Assembly: GCA_023381415.1 (NCBI GenBank)
Contig: JAMCUN010000004.1
Coordinates: 26 to 64,025, forward strand
Direction: 5' to 3'
Origin: Thermoplasmatota archaeon
GTDB taxonomy: Archaea > Thermoplasmatota > Thermoplasmata > Thermoplasmatales > GCA-001856825
DNA: 64,000 nucleotides
The translations under genes were made by a program, and so were the position numbers. The notes under the pieces are model-generated. The model saw only the letters and a list, made by a program, of their open reading frames with translations. It did no database searches and had not been told where the DNA came from. Within the stretch, counting starts at the first letter, position 1; the number at the start of each line of letters is the position of its first letter. This document shows, in pieces, positions 54,474-64,000 of this stretch.

Positions 54474-56036
54474 ATGCGAACAAGGCCGAACGCTTTTTCA
54501 AGGAAGGGCGTGGTGTCATCATCAAGCATTCAGTCTTCAATTGCGGGGGCAAAGGTACTTGAGGCCGGGGGGAACATAGTCGATGCTGCGATCGCAACAA
54601 GCGCAGTCCTCTGCGTGACACAGAACAACCTGTGCGGACTTGGAGGGGATGCCTTCATACTGCTAAAGATGGATGGAAAGCCTGTACTAAACCTGAATGG
54701 AAGCGGGCGAGCCTTCAAGAGTATGACGATCGAGCATTTTCTCGAAAGGGGAATAACGCAACTTCCACCAAGGGGAAGGGACTCTGTCCTGACGGTCCCT
54801 GGACTAGTACGCGGGTGGGAGGACATCCACAGGAGATATGGAACTATGGAGATGAAGGAGCTCCTTAAACCTGCTTACGACTATGCGAAATACGGATTTC
54901 CTGTTACCCATAATTACAGCGAGTCGATAAGCGTTAGTGCCAGATATCTGGGGGTATTCGAAAACTGGAAATCTATATTTCTGAGGAATGGGTCGGCTCC
55001 TGCTCCGGGATCAATATTCAGGCAGGACGATCTGGCCAGCACATTTGGCGAGATGATTTCAGATGGCATTTCATCCTTCTACGAAGGCCATCTAGCCGAC
55101 AGGATTGTGGAAGGGCTTAACAAACAGGGCGTGGATGTCAGCGAAGACGACCTAAGGGATCACAAGTCAACATTCCAGGAGCCGATTTCTACAGATTTCA
55201 ACGGATTCAAGGTTTATGAGACTGCCCCCAACAGTCAGGCTGCCACTGCGATACTGTGGTTGAACATGCTTGCATCAGAGACAAAGGAGAACTCTCTCAG
55301 GGATGTTCTGTTATCTGGACTGATCGCGTATTCACAGCGCGATAAGCTCATATCTGATCCAGCCTATCATCCCCTGCCCGCTGATTTCTCATCCAAGAAG
55401 TTTGCAATGGAAGTTTTGAGGGACGGAAAGATGGCAGGAGATGCCACTGGAGGGAAGGGGGATAAGGGGGACACCACATACTTCTCAATAACAGACTCGG
55501 AAGGAGAAAGCATATCATTCATACAGAGCAATTACATGGGGTTCGGTTCAGGAATAGTGCCTGAGGGGACAGGACTGGTGCTTCAGAACAGGGGATCTTA
55601 CTTCAGCCTGGATAAGGGTCATCACAATTCGTTGATGCCAGGCAAGAGGACCTTCCATACATTATGTGCAGGCATGATGGAGGACGAGGATGGATACATA
55701 GCATCCGTCGGGTCTATGGGAGGCGATATACAGCCCCAGCTTCACGTACAGATGATTCTCGGCCTTATGGGGAAGAGGGATGATCCGCAGGCAGTTATAG
55801 ATGCCCCTAGGTGGGCATTCCCTTATACCATCTACGAAAAACCCTCATCATTCGTGGTAGAATCTGAGAGGTTGGGCGAAGAAATTTCTAAGATACTTCC
55901 AGTAATGAAGGTGAACGTCACAGGGTTTTCCTCGCAGCTTGGGCATGCCCAAATAACGGCCAGGTTGAAAAATGGGACGGTGGTAGGGGGCGCAGACCCA
56001 AGGGGGGACGGGGTATCAATCCCTGCCACGAGCTGA
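54474..56036 (+). CDS. Gamma-glutamyltranspeptidase-family Ntn hydrolase
   Basis: GLGGD, TVPG, GDTT autoprocessing Thr334, SFIQSN..GFGSG, QNRG, GGDIQPQ, GADPRGDG. Confidence 0.93.
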   Translation: MRTRPNAFSRKGVVSSSSIQSSIAGAKVLEAGGNIVDAAIATSAVLCVTQNNLCGLGGDAFILLKMDGKPVLNLNGSGRAFKSMTIEHFLERGITQLPPRGRDSVLTVPGLVRGWEDIHRRYGTMEMKELLKPAYDYAKYGFPVTHNYSESISVSARYLGVFENWKSIFLRNGSAPAPGSIFRQDDLASTFGEMISDGISSFYEGHLADRIVEGLNKQGVDVSEDDLRDHKSTFQEPISTDFNGFKVYETAPNSQAATAILWLNMLASETKENSLRDVLLSGLIAYSQRDKLISDPAYHPLPADFSSKKFAMEVLRDGKMAGDATGGKGDKGDTTYFSITDSEGESISFIQSNYMGFGSGIVPEGTGLVLQNRGSYFSLDKGHHNSLMPGKRTFHTLCAGMMEDEDGYIASVGSMGGDIQPQLHVQMILGLMGKRDDPQAVIDAPRWAFPYTIYEKPSSFVVESERLGEEISKILPVMKVNVTGFSSQLGHAQITARLKNGTVVGGADPRGDGVSIPATS

Positions 56037-56170
56037 TGCAAGAAGTTCGGAACGACAAACTCGCTGGCAACTGTGCAGTAAATCTGGCTTTTGCAGTGTA
56101 TTCAGTATATAAAACAAAATTGTACCTGTTCGAGAAATAGTTAACTATGTGAGTTTAAATAAAGTTGCTT

Positions 56171-57778
56171 ATGACGCCTAGAGCGAAAGTCATCATCGGA
56201 GTAGTGATAGTCGTCGTAGTCGTCGCAGCCGGACTGGGGACGTATTATGGTCTCAACTACAACCATCACACGACTCCAGCCAAGACAGGTGCGACTCTGA
56301 CGATAGCAAGCACTGCAACTCCGACGTCTCTGGATCCTGCAGTGGCGTTCGATACGTATTCGGTCCTTTTTGATGACCAGATATACCAGACGCTTGTAGG
56401 ATACGGAACCAAGACAGTGGACGGAACGACATATGGTGCCTTGACACCTGTACCGGAGCTAGCGACCAGCTGGACAGTAAATTCCAACGGGTCCATTCTG
56501 TTCAACCTGAGGCACAACGTGACATTCTCAAACGGAGATCCATTCAACGCAACTGATGTCCAGTTCAGCCTGAACAGGGTAGTAACGATGAGCCAGGGAG
56601 ATTCATTCCACGTTGCTCAATTCCTGAATGCAAGCGGAATCCACGTACTGGGTACATACCAGATACTTCTTGTACCATCAGCACCAGACCCCTGGTTCCT
56701 GAATCTTTTCCAGCTTTGGGTCACGGATATAGTTGATCCGAACGTGGTAAATGCTAATGGAGGTGTGGTTGCGGGCCATGTCAACACCTACATGTCCGAC
56801 CATGCCGTAGGAACCGGACCGTACGAACTTACAAACTACAGCACTTCTGAGATAGTCCTCACGGCAAATCCTCACTACTGGGGACCTCAGCCGAACGTCA
56901 CCAAGCTTGTTTTCCTTCAGGGAGGGAGCCCGACAACCCAGGAAACATCTCTTGAGTCCGGGTCAATAAACGTGGCACTCAACATCCCGCTGAACCAAAT
57001 GAGCACGCTGAAGAACAGCAGCAACGTCAAAGTTTTGGCAGGGCCGACATCATCTGAATACTACATTGGCCTGGATGAGAACGTGACACCGTTCAACAAT
57101 GTGGATGTGAGGAAAGCAGTTAATTATGCGGTCAACATTACAAACCTTGTGGATTATTCTACGTACGGGTACGGTGTTCCTCTGAAGGACACGATGGCGC
57201 CTTCGATAGAGGCATACATTCCTGCATTTGCAAACTACACATACAATCTTACTATGGCCAGACACTATCTGGCGCTGGCAGGGTACAGCCATGGATTCAG
57301 CACTTCATTCTATTATGCAGCGGGAGATCCTATCGGGACTCAGCTCGCGCAGATACTTCAGTCCGAGCTTGCACAGGTGAACATCACGGTTACACTCGAA
57401 CCGATAGCAGCAGCAACTTTCAACGATCAGGTGGGGCTAGGAACATATCCGATGTTCTATGACGGATGGGTAAATCTTCTGGCAACTCCGGATGATGGTC
57501 TCAGGCCACTATTCAGTTCACACAACCTAGGAATATACGGAAACTACAACTACTTCAACAACAGCACTGTTACAAATGATGTTCTGGAGGCAGGGAAGCT
57601 TTACAACACATCCCAGAGGGATGCACTTTACGTGAACGCACAACAGATACTGGCGAGTCAGGCCGTCGAGATACCTCTGTTCAACCTTGAAAACGTAATC
57701 CCTGTAACAAGCAACGTGCAGAATCTCTACATCTACCCAACGTTCGATATATTCTTTGATCAAGTGACCGTGTCGTAA
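56171..57778 (+). CDS. Dipeptide/oligopeptide ABC substrate-binding protein (family 5)
   Basis: N-terminal anchor, SLDPA, FSNGDPFNATDV, GTGPY; many N-X-S/T sequons. Confidence 0.93.
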   Translation: MTPRAKVIIGVVIVVVVVAAGLGTYYGLNYNHHTTPAKTGATLTIASTATPTSLDPAVAFDTYSVLFDDQIYQTLVGYGTKTVDGTTYGALTPVPELATSWTVNSNGSILFNLRHNVTFSNGDPFNATDVQFSLNRVVTMSQGDSFHVAQFLNASGIHVLGTYQILLVPSAPDPWFLNLFQLWVTDIVDPNVVNANGGVVAGHVNTYMSDHAVGTGPYELTNYSTSEIVLTANPHYWGPQPNVTKLVFLQGGSPTTQETSLESGSINVALNIPLNQMSTLKNSSNVKVLAGPTSSEYYIGLDENVTPFNNVDVRKAVNYAVNITNLVDYSTYGYGVPLKDTMAPSIEAYIPAFANYTYNLTMARHYLALAGYSHGFSTSFYYAAGDPIGTQLAQILQSELAQVNITVTLEPIAAATFNDQVGLGTYPMFYDGWVNLLATPDDGLRPLFSSHNLGIYGNYNYFNNSTVTNDVLEAGKLYNTSQRDALYVNAQQILASQAVEIPLFNLENVIPVTSNVQNLYIYPTFDIFFDQVTVS

Positions 57779-58800
57779 TGAAAGGTTTCAGAAAATTTCT
57801 CGTGCTGAGGGTGGTGTCCCTTGTTCCCACCATCTTCGGCCTTATTTTATTGACTTTTTTTCTAACCCACATTATACCCGGAAATCCAGCTATCATATTA
57901 GGTGGACCCGAGGTTGTGAGCAATCCCGCCGAACTCAAAGTGCTTGAGGCGGAATTGGGGCTTAACAAGCCCCTTTACATTCAATTCATAATCTATATGG
58001 TCCAGCTCCTGCACTTCAACCTGGGATATTCATTCATACAGGGGCAGTATATATCATATGAAATCGGAGCAAGGTTCCCTCCGACAATAGAGCTTGCGGT
58101 AGCCGCAATGATAATAGGAGTGCCTATAGGAATCTATGCAGGCATATTCGCAGCCCTGAGGGCAAATCAAGTGGGGGATCATGCTGTCAGGATAACATCC
58201 CTTCTAGGCATTTCAATGCCCGTATTCTTCCTGGACCTCCTGCTTATAATAGTGTTCTTCTCTGACCTCCACGTAGCGCCATCGCCATTCGGCCAGCTCT
58301 CCCCACAGCTGAGCTATCCAAGGACTATCACCGGTTTCGTAATCATAGATAGCCTGCTGACAGGCAACATCACAGATTTTGCCAACTCTTTGTGGCATAT
58401 AGTCCTCCCAGCAGTAGGACTGTCATTTGCAGTCATCGCAGTCCTCGCAAGGGTGATGAGGTCAAGCGTCCTGGATGTGGTCAATAAGGACTACATGAGA
58501 ACTGCGTTCGCAATCGGCCTGCCACGAAACATCCTGATAAGGAAGTATGCCCTCAGGAATGCCCTCCTTCCTACTATAACAGTGACGGCAATTCAGATGG
58601 GTGCACTGATGGGAGGGGTCGTACTGACCGAGACAATCTTCTCATGGCCGGGGCTAGGGCTGTACACTTACAACTCTATTCTTAGCCTCGATTACCCTAG
58701 CATAATGGCCGTAGCAATACTCTCAGGAGTCGTCTTTGTTCTAATAAATTTCCTTGCCGATATCCTATACGGCGTGGTTGATCCAAGGGTGAAATACTAG
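57778..58800 (+). CDS. dppB: Peptide ABC transporter permease (DppB-like)
   Basis: PGNPA, RNALLP, ETIFSWPGLG, DPRV. Confidence 0.93.
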   Translation: MKGFRKFLVLRVVSLVPTIFGLILLTFFLTHIIPGNPAIILGGPEVVSNPAELKVLEAELGLNKPLYIQFIIYMVQLLHFNLGYSFIQGQYISYEIGARFPPTIELAVAAMIIGVPIGIYAGIFAALRANQVGDHAVRITSLLGISMPVFFLDLLLIIVFFSDLHVAPSPFGQLSPQLSYPRTITGFVIIDSLLTGNITDFANSLWHIVLPAVGLSFAVIAVLARVMRSSVLDVVNKDYMRTAFAIGLPRNILIRKYALRNALLPTITVTAIQMGALMGGVVLTETIFSWPGLGLYTYNSILSLDYPSIMAVAILSGVVFVLINFLADILYGVVDPRVKY

Positions 58801-58805
58801 GTGAT

Positions 58806-59699
58806 ATGATGGACGGTTTTGCAGGAAGAATTGGAGAAATAAGGAAGTCAAGGTCGGCAAGAAACTTCTATCTGCCATTCATTCTATTCTTGAAGAGCAA
58901 GACAGGATTGGTATCAATGCTGATCCTGCTGTTCTACATTGTTATAGCTGTCTTTGCTCCACAGATAGCGCCTTACAATCCGCTCCAGCAGAACCTGAGC
59001 CATAGCTTGCTTCCGCCATCCCTCTCCCATCTCATGGGGACGGATGATCTTGGGAGGGATGTTTTCTCAAGGGTTGTATTCGCAATAAGGATAGATTTGG
59101 AAATAGCATTCATATCTGTCAGTATAGCGTATGTTATAGGGGTCCTTGCAGGTATAGTGGCAGGGTATTACGGAAAGATAGCCGATAATGCGATAATGAG
59201 GGTAATGGACGTATTCCTTGCATTTCCCAGCTTGATATTCGCCATAGCGATATCCGTTATCCTTGGGACTGGGTTCCTATCAATCATAGTTGCTATCACT
59301 GTCACCTCTATCCCTCTATTCTCAAGGGTCGCCAGAAGTACTGTTCTGTCAACAAAAAATGAACTGTATGTAACGGCAGCTGTTTCCCAGGGAGCATCCA
59401 AGACTCATATACTGTTCAGGCACATTCTTCCGCCTTCCATTGCGCCGACGCTAGTGCTTTACGCGCTTGGCCTTGGTGGCGCAATCAATGTGGCAGCCGC
59501 ACTGAGCTTCCTCGGGGTGGGTATTCACCCTCCCACCCCCGAGCTGGGCGCAATGATCAGCGAGGGCCTGAACTACGTCCTATCAGGGCAGTGGTGGCTG
59601 TCAGTAATGCCAGGACTGTTCATAGTGCTGATAGTGATTGCAACGAACATGATGGGGGACACCATCAGGGAAGTGAACGACGTGAGCCTGAGGAGATAA
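58806..59699 (+). CDS. dppC: Peptide ABC transporter permease (DppC-like)
   Basis: GTDDLGRD, RHILP, LSFLGVG..PP.PELG. Confidence 0.93.
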   Translation: MMDGFAGRIGEIRKSRSARNFYLPFILFLKSKTGLVSMLILLFYIVIAVFAPQIAPYNPLQQNLSHSLLPPSLSHLMGTDDLGRDVFSRVVFAIRIDLEIAFISVSIAYVIGVLAGIVAGYYGKIADNAIMRVMDVFLAFPSLIFAIAISVILGTGFLSIIVAITVTSIPLFSRVARSTVLSTKNELYVTAAVSQGASKTHILFRHILPPSIAPTLVLYALGLGGAINVAAALSFLGVGIHPPTPELGAMISEGLNYVLSGQWWLSVMPGLFIVLIVIATNMMGDTIREVNDVSLRR

Positions 59700-59702
59700 G
59701 AT

Positions 59703-61880
59703 ATGAAACCTGATGAATACCTGCTGTATGTTGACGACCTATCAATAGAGTACACAATAGGTCAAATGAGGATATATGCTGTGAACCATCTGAGCTTCGG
59801 AGTAAGGGAGAACGAATCAATTGGGATAGTAGGGGAAAGCGGGTGCGGCAAATCAACCCTCGCAATGGCTATAGCGCACATTCTTCCACCAAACGCCAAA
59901 GTTACGTCAGGTAGGATACTCTTCAGGGGACAGGTGATAGTGGACCAGAGTATGGGCGCATCTTATTCCATCAGGTACAACGCCAAGGAGAGAAAGATAG
60001 AGGACCAGCTAAAGGTGATCAGGTGGAAGGGAATATCCGTGGTCTTCCAGGGCGCCCTGGATTCACTTAATCCCGTGCACACAGTTGGAACCCAGATATC
60101 TGACATTTTCATCTACAAGGAAAATATGCCGAAGGAGGAGGCATTCGCAAGGTCCAAGGAGCTTCTGAACGTTGTCGGACTTGAAAGCTGGGTCTTCAAC
60201 GTCTATCCACACCAGCTAAGCGGAGGGATGAAACAGAGGGTGATCATAGCGATGGCAATCTCCCTAGCGCCCGCCCTCGTGATCGCTGACGAGCCTACGA
60301 CTTCCCTGGATGTGATAACTCAGTACAGGATAATAGAGGAGCTGAGCAAGCTCCGAAAATCCCACGGAGTTGCGCTGGTAAACATATCGCACGACATGCC
60401 CCTGATATCAAGGCTTTCTGACAGGCTGATGGTGATGTACGCGGGAAGGATAGTAGAAATGCTATCTTCCAACAACTTCCTAGCGAACAGCCACCCCTAC
60501 ACCCACCTCCTTGTCAATTCAATACCGAGGATAGAAGAGGATATATCTGAGATACTTCCGATAAGGGGAGCTCCTCCCAGGCTGAGGGAGAGGATTCCTG
60601 GATGTCCATTCTACGACCGTTGCGATTACAGGGAAGACAGGTGCAGGGACGAGATCGCAGTCAAACTGGTAGAGACGGAGCAGAATCATTACGTTGCCTG
60701 TCCTGTCCTTCCTAAGTTCTCAAGCCCGAAGGCACCGGAGGCGGCAGGGATGAATGTTTCAGGTTATCCTCGTGTCAATTCTAAACCAGTACTGGAGGCC
60801 AGGAACCTCACAAAGAGATTCGAGAAGAAAACAGGGCTGAGGGAGATCAAGACCTCCGCAGACAACGAGATTATCGCCGTAGATTCCGTAGATTTAAGCG
60901 TAGCAGAGGGGGAGATCGTCGCCCTTGTAGGTGAAACAGGTAGCGGGAAAACCACCCTCAGCAGACTGCTTGGCCTTCTTGAAACACCAACTTCGGGTGA
61001 AGTCAAACTCAATGGAATCTCCGTCGAGATGAGGGAAAGCAAGAGAATAAAGGAACTGAGGAGGATTGTGCAGACAATATTCCAGGACCCGTTCCAGAGC
61101 GTGAATCCCAGGTTTTCAGTCTTCTCCGCAATAGCCGAGCCTGTGAGCGTCAACGGGATGGCCCTGGATCAAAATAATGGAGGGGAGGGGAACAGAGGAG
61201 GGACTGAAAGTGGAGGCAACGGATCCAATGCAACCAGACTTGAGAATCTGGTGAAAGGTGCGATGGCATCGGCAGAATTGCTGCCGTTCGAAGATTACGT
61301 TGACAAGTTCCCACATCAGCTGAGCGGTGGGCAGAGGCAGAGACTTTGCATAGCGAGAGGGCTCATACTGAACCCTAAAATATTGATAGCTGACGAACCG
61401 ATATCAATGCTGGATGTATCTCTAAGGGCAGGAGTACTGAACCTCCTGAAGAAGCTCAGGGAGGAAAGGGGAATTTCAATCCTGTACATAACTCACGACA
61501 TGGCATCCGCGAGATACCTGAGCGACAGGATATATGTGATGTACAAGGGAGAAATAGTCGAAACAGGGACCACGGAATCGTTGATCAGGAAGAGCGCTCA
61601 TCCATATACTATAGCACTCCTCCTTGCAAGCATAGGGGTACAGGGGTCCATTTATGAAACTTTGGGGGCAAAGATATTCGCTCAGCGTGAAGGTTCAAGC
61701 CCGGAGGGATGCAAGTTCGCAGATAGATGCCAGTTCGCGAAGGACATCTGCTTCAAGACGAGGCCTGAACTGAAGGAAGTTTCTGATGGTCACCAGTCGA
61801 GGTGCCATTTTGCGGAAGAGGTGCAGGGTAAGAGGCTGACAGAACTAGTACTGAAAAATGCGATCGGGTCCCGGAACTAG
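59703..61880 (+). CDS. Fused DppD-DppF peptide ABC ATPase
   Basis: Two Walker A motifs (GESGCGKS, GETGSGKT), two LSGG signatures, two Cys-rich oligopeptide C-terminal domains. Confidence 0.93.
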   Translation: MKPDEYLLYVDDLSIEYTIGQMRIYAVNHLSFGVRENESIGIVGESGCGKSTLAMAIAHILPPNAKVTSGRILFRGQVIVDQSMGASYSIRYNAKERKIEDQLKVIRWKGISVVFQGALDSLNPVHTVGTQISDIFIYKENMPKEEAFARSKELLNVVGLESWVFNVYPHQLSGGMKQRVIIAMAISLAPALVIADEPTTSLDVITQYRIIEELSKLRKSHGVALVNISHDMPLISRLSDRLMVMYAGRIVEMLSSNNFLANSHPYTHLLVNSIPRIEEDISEILPIRGAPPRLRERIPGCPFYDRCDYREDRCRDEIAVKLVETEQNHYVACPVLPKFSSPKAPEAAGMNVSGYPRVNSKPVLEARNLTKRFEKKTGLREIKTSADNEIIAVDSVDLSVAEGEIVALVGETGSGKTTLSRLLGLLETPTSGEVKLNGISVEMRESKRIKELRRIVQTIFQDPFQSVNPRFSVFSAIAEPVSVNGMALDQNNGGEGNRGGTESGGNGSNATRLENLVKGAMASAELLPFEDYVDKFPHQLSGGQRQRLCIARGLILNPKILIADEPISMLDVSLRAGVLNLLKKLREERGISILYITHDMASARYLSDRIYVMYKGEIVETGTTESLIRKSAHPYTIALLLASIGVQGSIYETLGAKIFAQREGSSPEGCKFADRCQFAKDICFKTRPELKEVSDGHQSRCHFAEEVQGKRLTELVLKNAIGSRN

Positions 61881-62017
61881 GCAGGAATTCGGGGATTAGA
61901 CGGGCCAAGGACTGCCCCAAAGACCCAGTTAATTGGAATAACGCTCAAATTTGGTGTTGAACACGTTTAACGAAAAGTAAATACTTTGCCGTTTTGATTC
62001 TTTAATGCTGGTAGGAT

Positions 62018-63187
62018 ATGGATCATTTTAAAAGTGACCTGATCAGGATGGAAGTGAACTACCGAGGAATTTTTCAGAAAACTCTTGGGAAGCACATTTC
62101 GACTGATATTGTGTACATTGCCCACGAAGAGGGAAAGACCGCCTTCTCCAACGGAAGATACAGCGATGATCCCCAGAGGAACGGCGTCCCATGCGCCAAC
62201 TTCGCGTATTTCTCCAGGTCACTCTCTGAGGAAGACCTTGAGGCGGAAGCGAGTGCGGCAATGGACATAAAACAGGCAGAGCTTGTCGTAGTTCTTGACG
62301 ATACGATGGCAAAGGGGCTGGAGCCATGGGGGCACTACGGAATAAGGCCCGTTAACGAGAAGGTGGTTGAAGATGGAACAATCCTGTTTGTGAGCAACCG
62401 GAAGGCGTCGGAACTGGTGAGTCTTTTTGAAAGGAAGCCCTTCAGATACAGGATTGCCATCATTGGAGGTGAGGCCAGCTTCTCAGGGCTCTGGTACTTC
62501 AAGGACGACATGACAGACGTGCGCATCCTCGGCGCAATTGCTAAACTTAACCCTGATATTGCATCTATTGGAACAGTTCTTTCATACGTGAAGAAGAAAT
62601 ACAAATCCGAAGAGAAGGTGGAGGCGGCAAGGAAGGCATACGAAGAGGTAAAGGTGACTGATGTTTCCCCTGCCGACGGAATTACATGGCCGTACGAGAA
62701 ACCTGCACTTCCAGCATGGGATCAGTTCGAAGAAGGAGTTGTTGTCCGTGCGGTAAAGCGCGGATTCTCACTTGGTCCAAGGGGACAGAACAGGAACCCA
62801 GATTTTAAGAGGGGGACGAACAGAACGGAGAGGCCTGTAGTGAGGTTCGACATATGCACAAAGTGTACACTCTGCTGGGCGTCATGCCCGGACGAGGCGT
62901 TCGACCCAGTCAGGGAAGGGTATTATGACGTAAATTACGAATACTGCACAGGGTGCGGCAGATGCGCAGACGTATGCCCAGTGGACGATTGCATAGTGAT
63001 GGTCGATGAGATGAAGTTTGCAAGCAACGAATCATTCTACGAGAAGTATGCAAGGGACACGGTCTCATACGTGAACGAGATTGAATCAATGAAGGGGAAG
63101 AGGAGGGAGATACCGGAGCATATAACAGGAAAGGGGAAGATTTTGAGGAATGTGGAAAAACAGAAGCCACTGAAGGAGGCGAGATGA
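62018..63187 (+). CDS. Oxalate-oxidoreductase-like OFOR gamma-delta subunit with 2x[4Fe-4S]
   Basis: Divergent gamma domain plus CTKCTLCWASCP and CTGCGRCADVCP. Confidence 0.85.
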   Translation: MDHFKSDLIRMEVNYRGIFQKTLGKHISTDIVYIAHEEGKTAFSNGRYSDDPQRNGVPCANFAYFSRSLSEEDLEAEASAAMDIKQAELVVVLDDTMAKGLEPWGHYGIRPVNEKVVEDGTILFVSNRKASELVSLFERKPFRYRIAIIGGEASFSGLWYFKDDMTDVRILGAIAKLNPDIASIGTVLSYVKKKYKSEEKVEAARKAYEEVKVTDVSPADGITWPYEKPALPAWDQFEEGVVVRAVKRGFSLGPRGQNRNPDFKRGTNRTERPVVRFDICTKCTLCWASCPDEAFDPVREGYYDVNYEYCTGCGRCADVCPVDDCIVMVDEMKFASNESFYEKYARDTVSYVNEIESMKGKRREIPEHITGKGKILRNVEKQKPLKEAR

Positions 63188-64000
63188 ATGTCGGAAAGCA
63201 GGGAGGAATCTGTGTTTGAGATGGAGGAGCTTATGACAGGGACAGATGCGGTTGCCCACGCAGTGAGGCTCGTCGACGTAGACGTTTTCGCAGCTTATCC
63301 GATCAGGCCGTACACAGGAGTGATGGATAGGCTGGCGAAATTCATAGCCAACGGGCAGCTTGATGCAGAATATATCATCGCAGACGGAGAGCATTCTCAA
63401 TTCGAGATAGGTAAGCATGCTTCTTCTGTTGGTGCGAGGGCCTTCGTTGGGAGCAGCGGAACAGGCTGGCTGTATGCAATGGAGGCAATAGGTGTTACTG
63501 CGACTGACAGGCTCCCGGTTGTAGCCCTTGTCGGGAACAGGGCCCTGGATGATCCAGGGGCATTCGGGGTGGAGCACAACGACGCCCTACTGGTCAGAGA
63601 TCTGGGGTGGCTGATAGTATGGGCATCCACTGCCCAGGAGGCCCTCGATAACACCCTCATCGCATACAGGGTAGGCGAGGACCCAAAAGTGCGGATGCCA
63701 GTGGCTGTCGCAATGGACGGGGGATACCTCACTCATTCGGAACACTTAGTGAAGGTCCCTTCAAGCAAGGCAGTGAGGAGGTTCCTGCCACCCTACAATC
63801 TTGGGGGAAGGGTGCTTCATCCAGACAATCCGATCTCTATAGCGCCTCAGGCAAATGAGGATTGGGTAATGGAGATTCGCAGGCAGAATTACGAGGCAGC
63901 GAAGAGATCGAAGGATGTCATAACAAAAGCGTACAAGGAATATGAGGATGTGTTCAACATTCATTACGACAATCCATTCATAGAAGAGCTCGAAGTGGAG
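63188..64000 (+). CDS. OFOR alpha subunit, YPIRP (oxalate oxidoreductase-like) type; truncated by the window end and missing from the ORF track
   Basis: Manual translation: MSESREES..TGTDAVAHAV..AYPIRPYT..GEHS..GNRALDDPGAFGVEHND. Confidence 0.92.
   Translation, partial: MSESREESVFEMEELMTGTDAVAHAVRLVDVDVFAAYPIRPYTGVMDRLAKFIANGQLDAEYIIADGEHSQFEIGKHASSVGARAFVGSSGTGWLYAMEAIGVTATDRLPVVALVGNRALDDPGAFGVEHNDALLVRDLGWLIVWASTAQEALDNTLIAYRVGEDPKVRMPVAVAMDGGYLTHSEHLVKVPSSKAVRRFLPPYNLGGRVLHPDNPISIAPQANEDWVMEIRRQNYEAAKRSKDVITKAYKEYEDVFNIHYDNPFIEELEVE

Noticed and set aside
56171-57778. Asn/Thr/Tyr-rich composition of the binding protein as a repeat or foreign DNA
   Set aside because: Explained by dense N-glycosylation sequons typical of thermoacidophile surface proteins

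Overview
Archaeal chromosomal window, most likely Thermoplasmata/Thermoplasmatales. The evidence is a 16S rRNA end with no linked 23S, an unsplit Rpo2 with a Zn-ribbon insert, an N-terminally extended Rpo1C, PolD, GatDE and Hel308. Most of the window is dense housekeeping: DNA repair and replication, tRNA modification and charging, the RNA polymerase operon, and a 2-oxoacid:ferredoxin oxidoreductase. No tRNA, CRISPR array, transposase or integrase was recognised by eye. Main observations: (1) a 31-bp, 30/31-identical inverted repeat (10216-10246 and 10865-10895) lies in the same reading frame inside two convergent membrane-protein genes and brackets a winged-helix regulator. Each copy has a dif-like TAA-N6-TTAT layout, so this is a candidate intragenic invertible switch that would swap C-termini and rewire the regulator. 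(2) A Bat-HTH regulator, GGT/Ntn hydrolase, peptide ABC importer and oxalate-oxidoreductase-like (YPIRP) OFOR form a candidate catabolic system of unknown substrate. (3) The 16S 3' end has A at the normally invariant G1497. (4) Many genes appear leaderless with GTG/TTG starts, and two probably use ATT or ATA/CTG. All calls come from reading the sequence and recalled family motifs; no searches were run.
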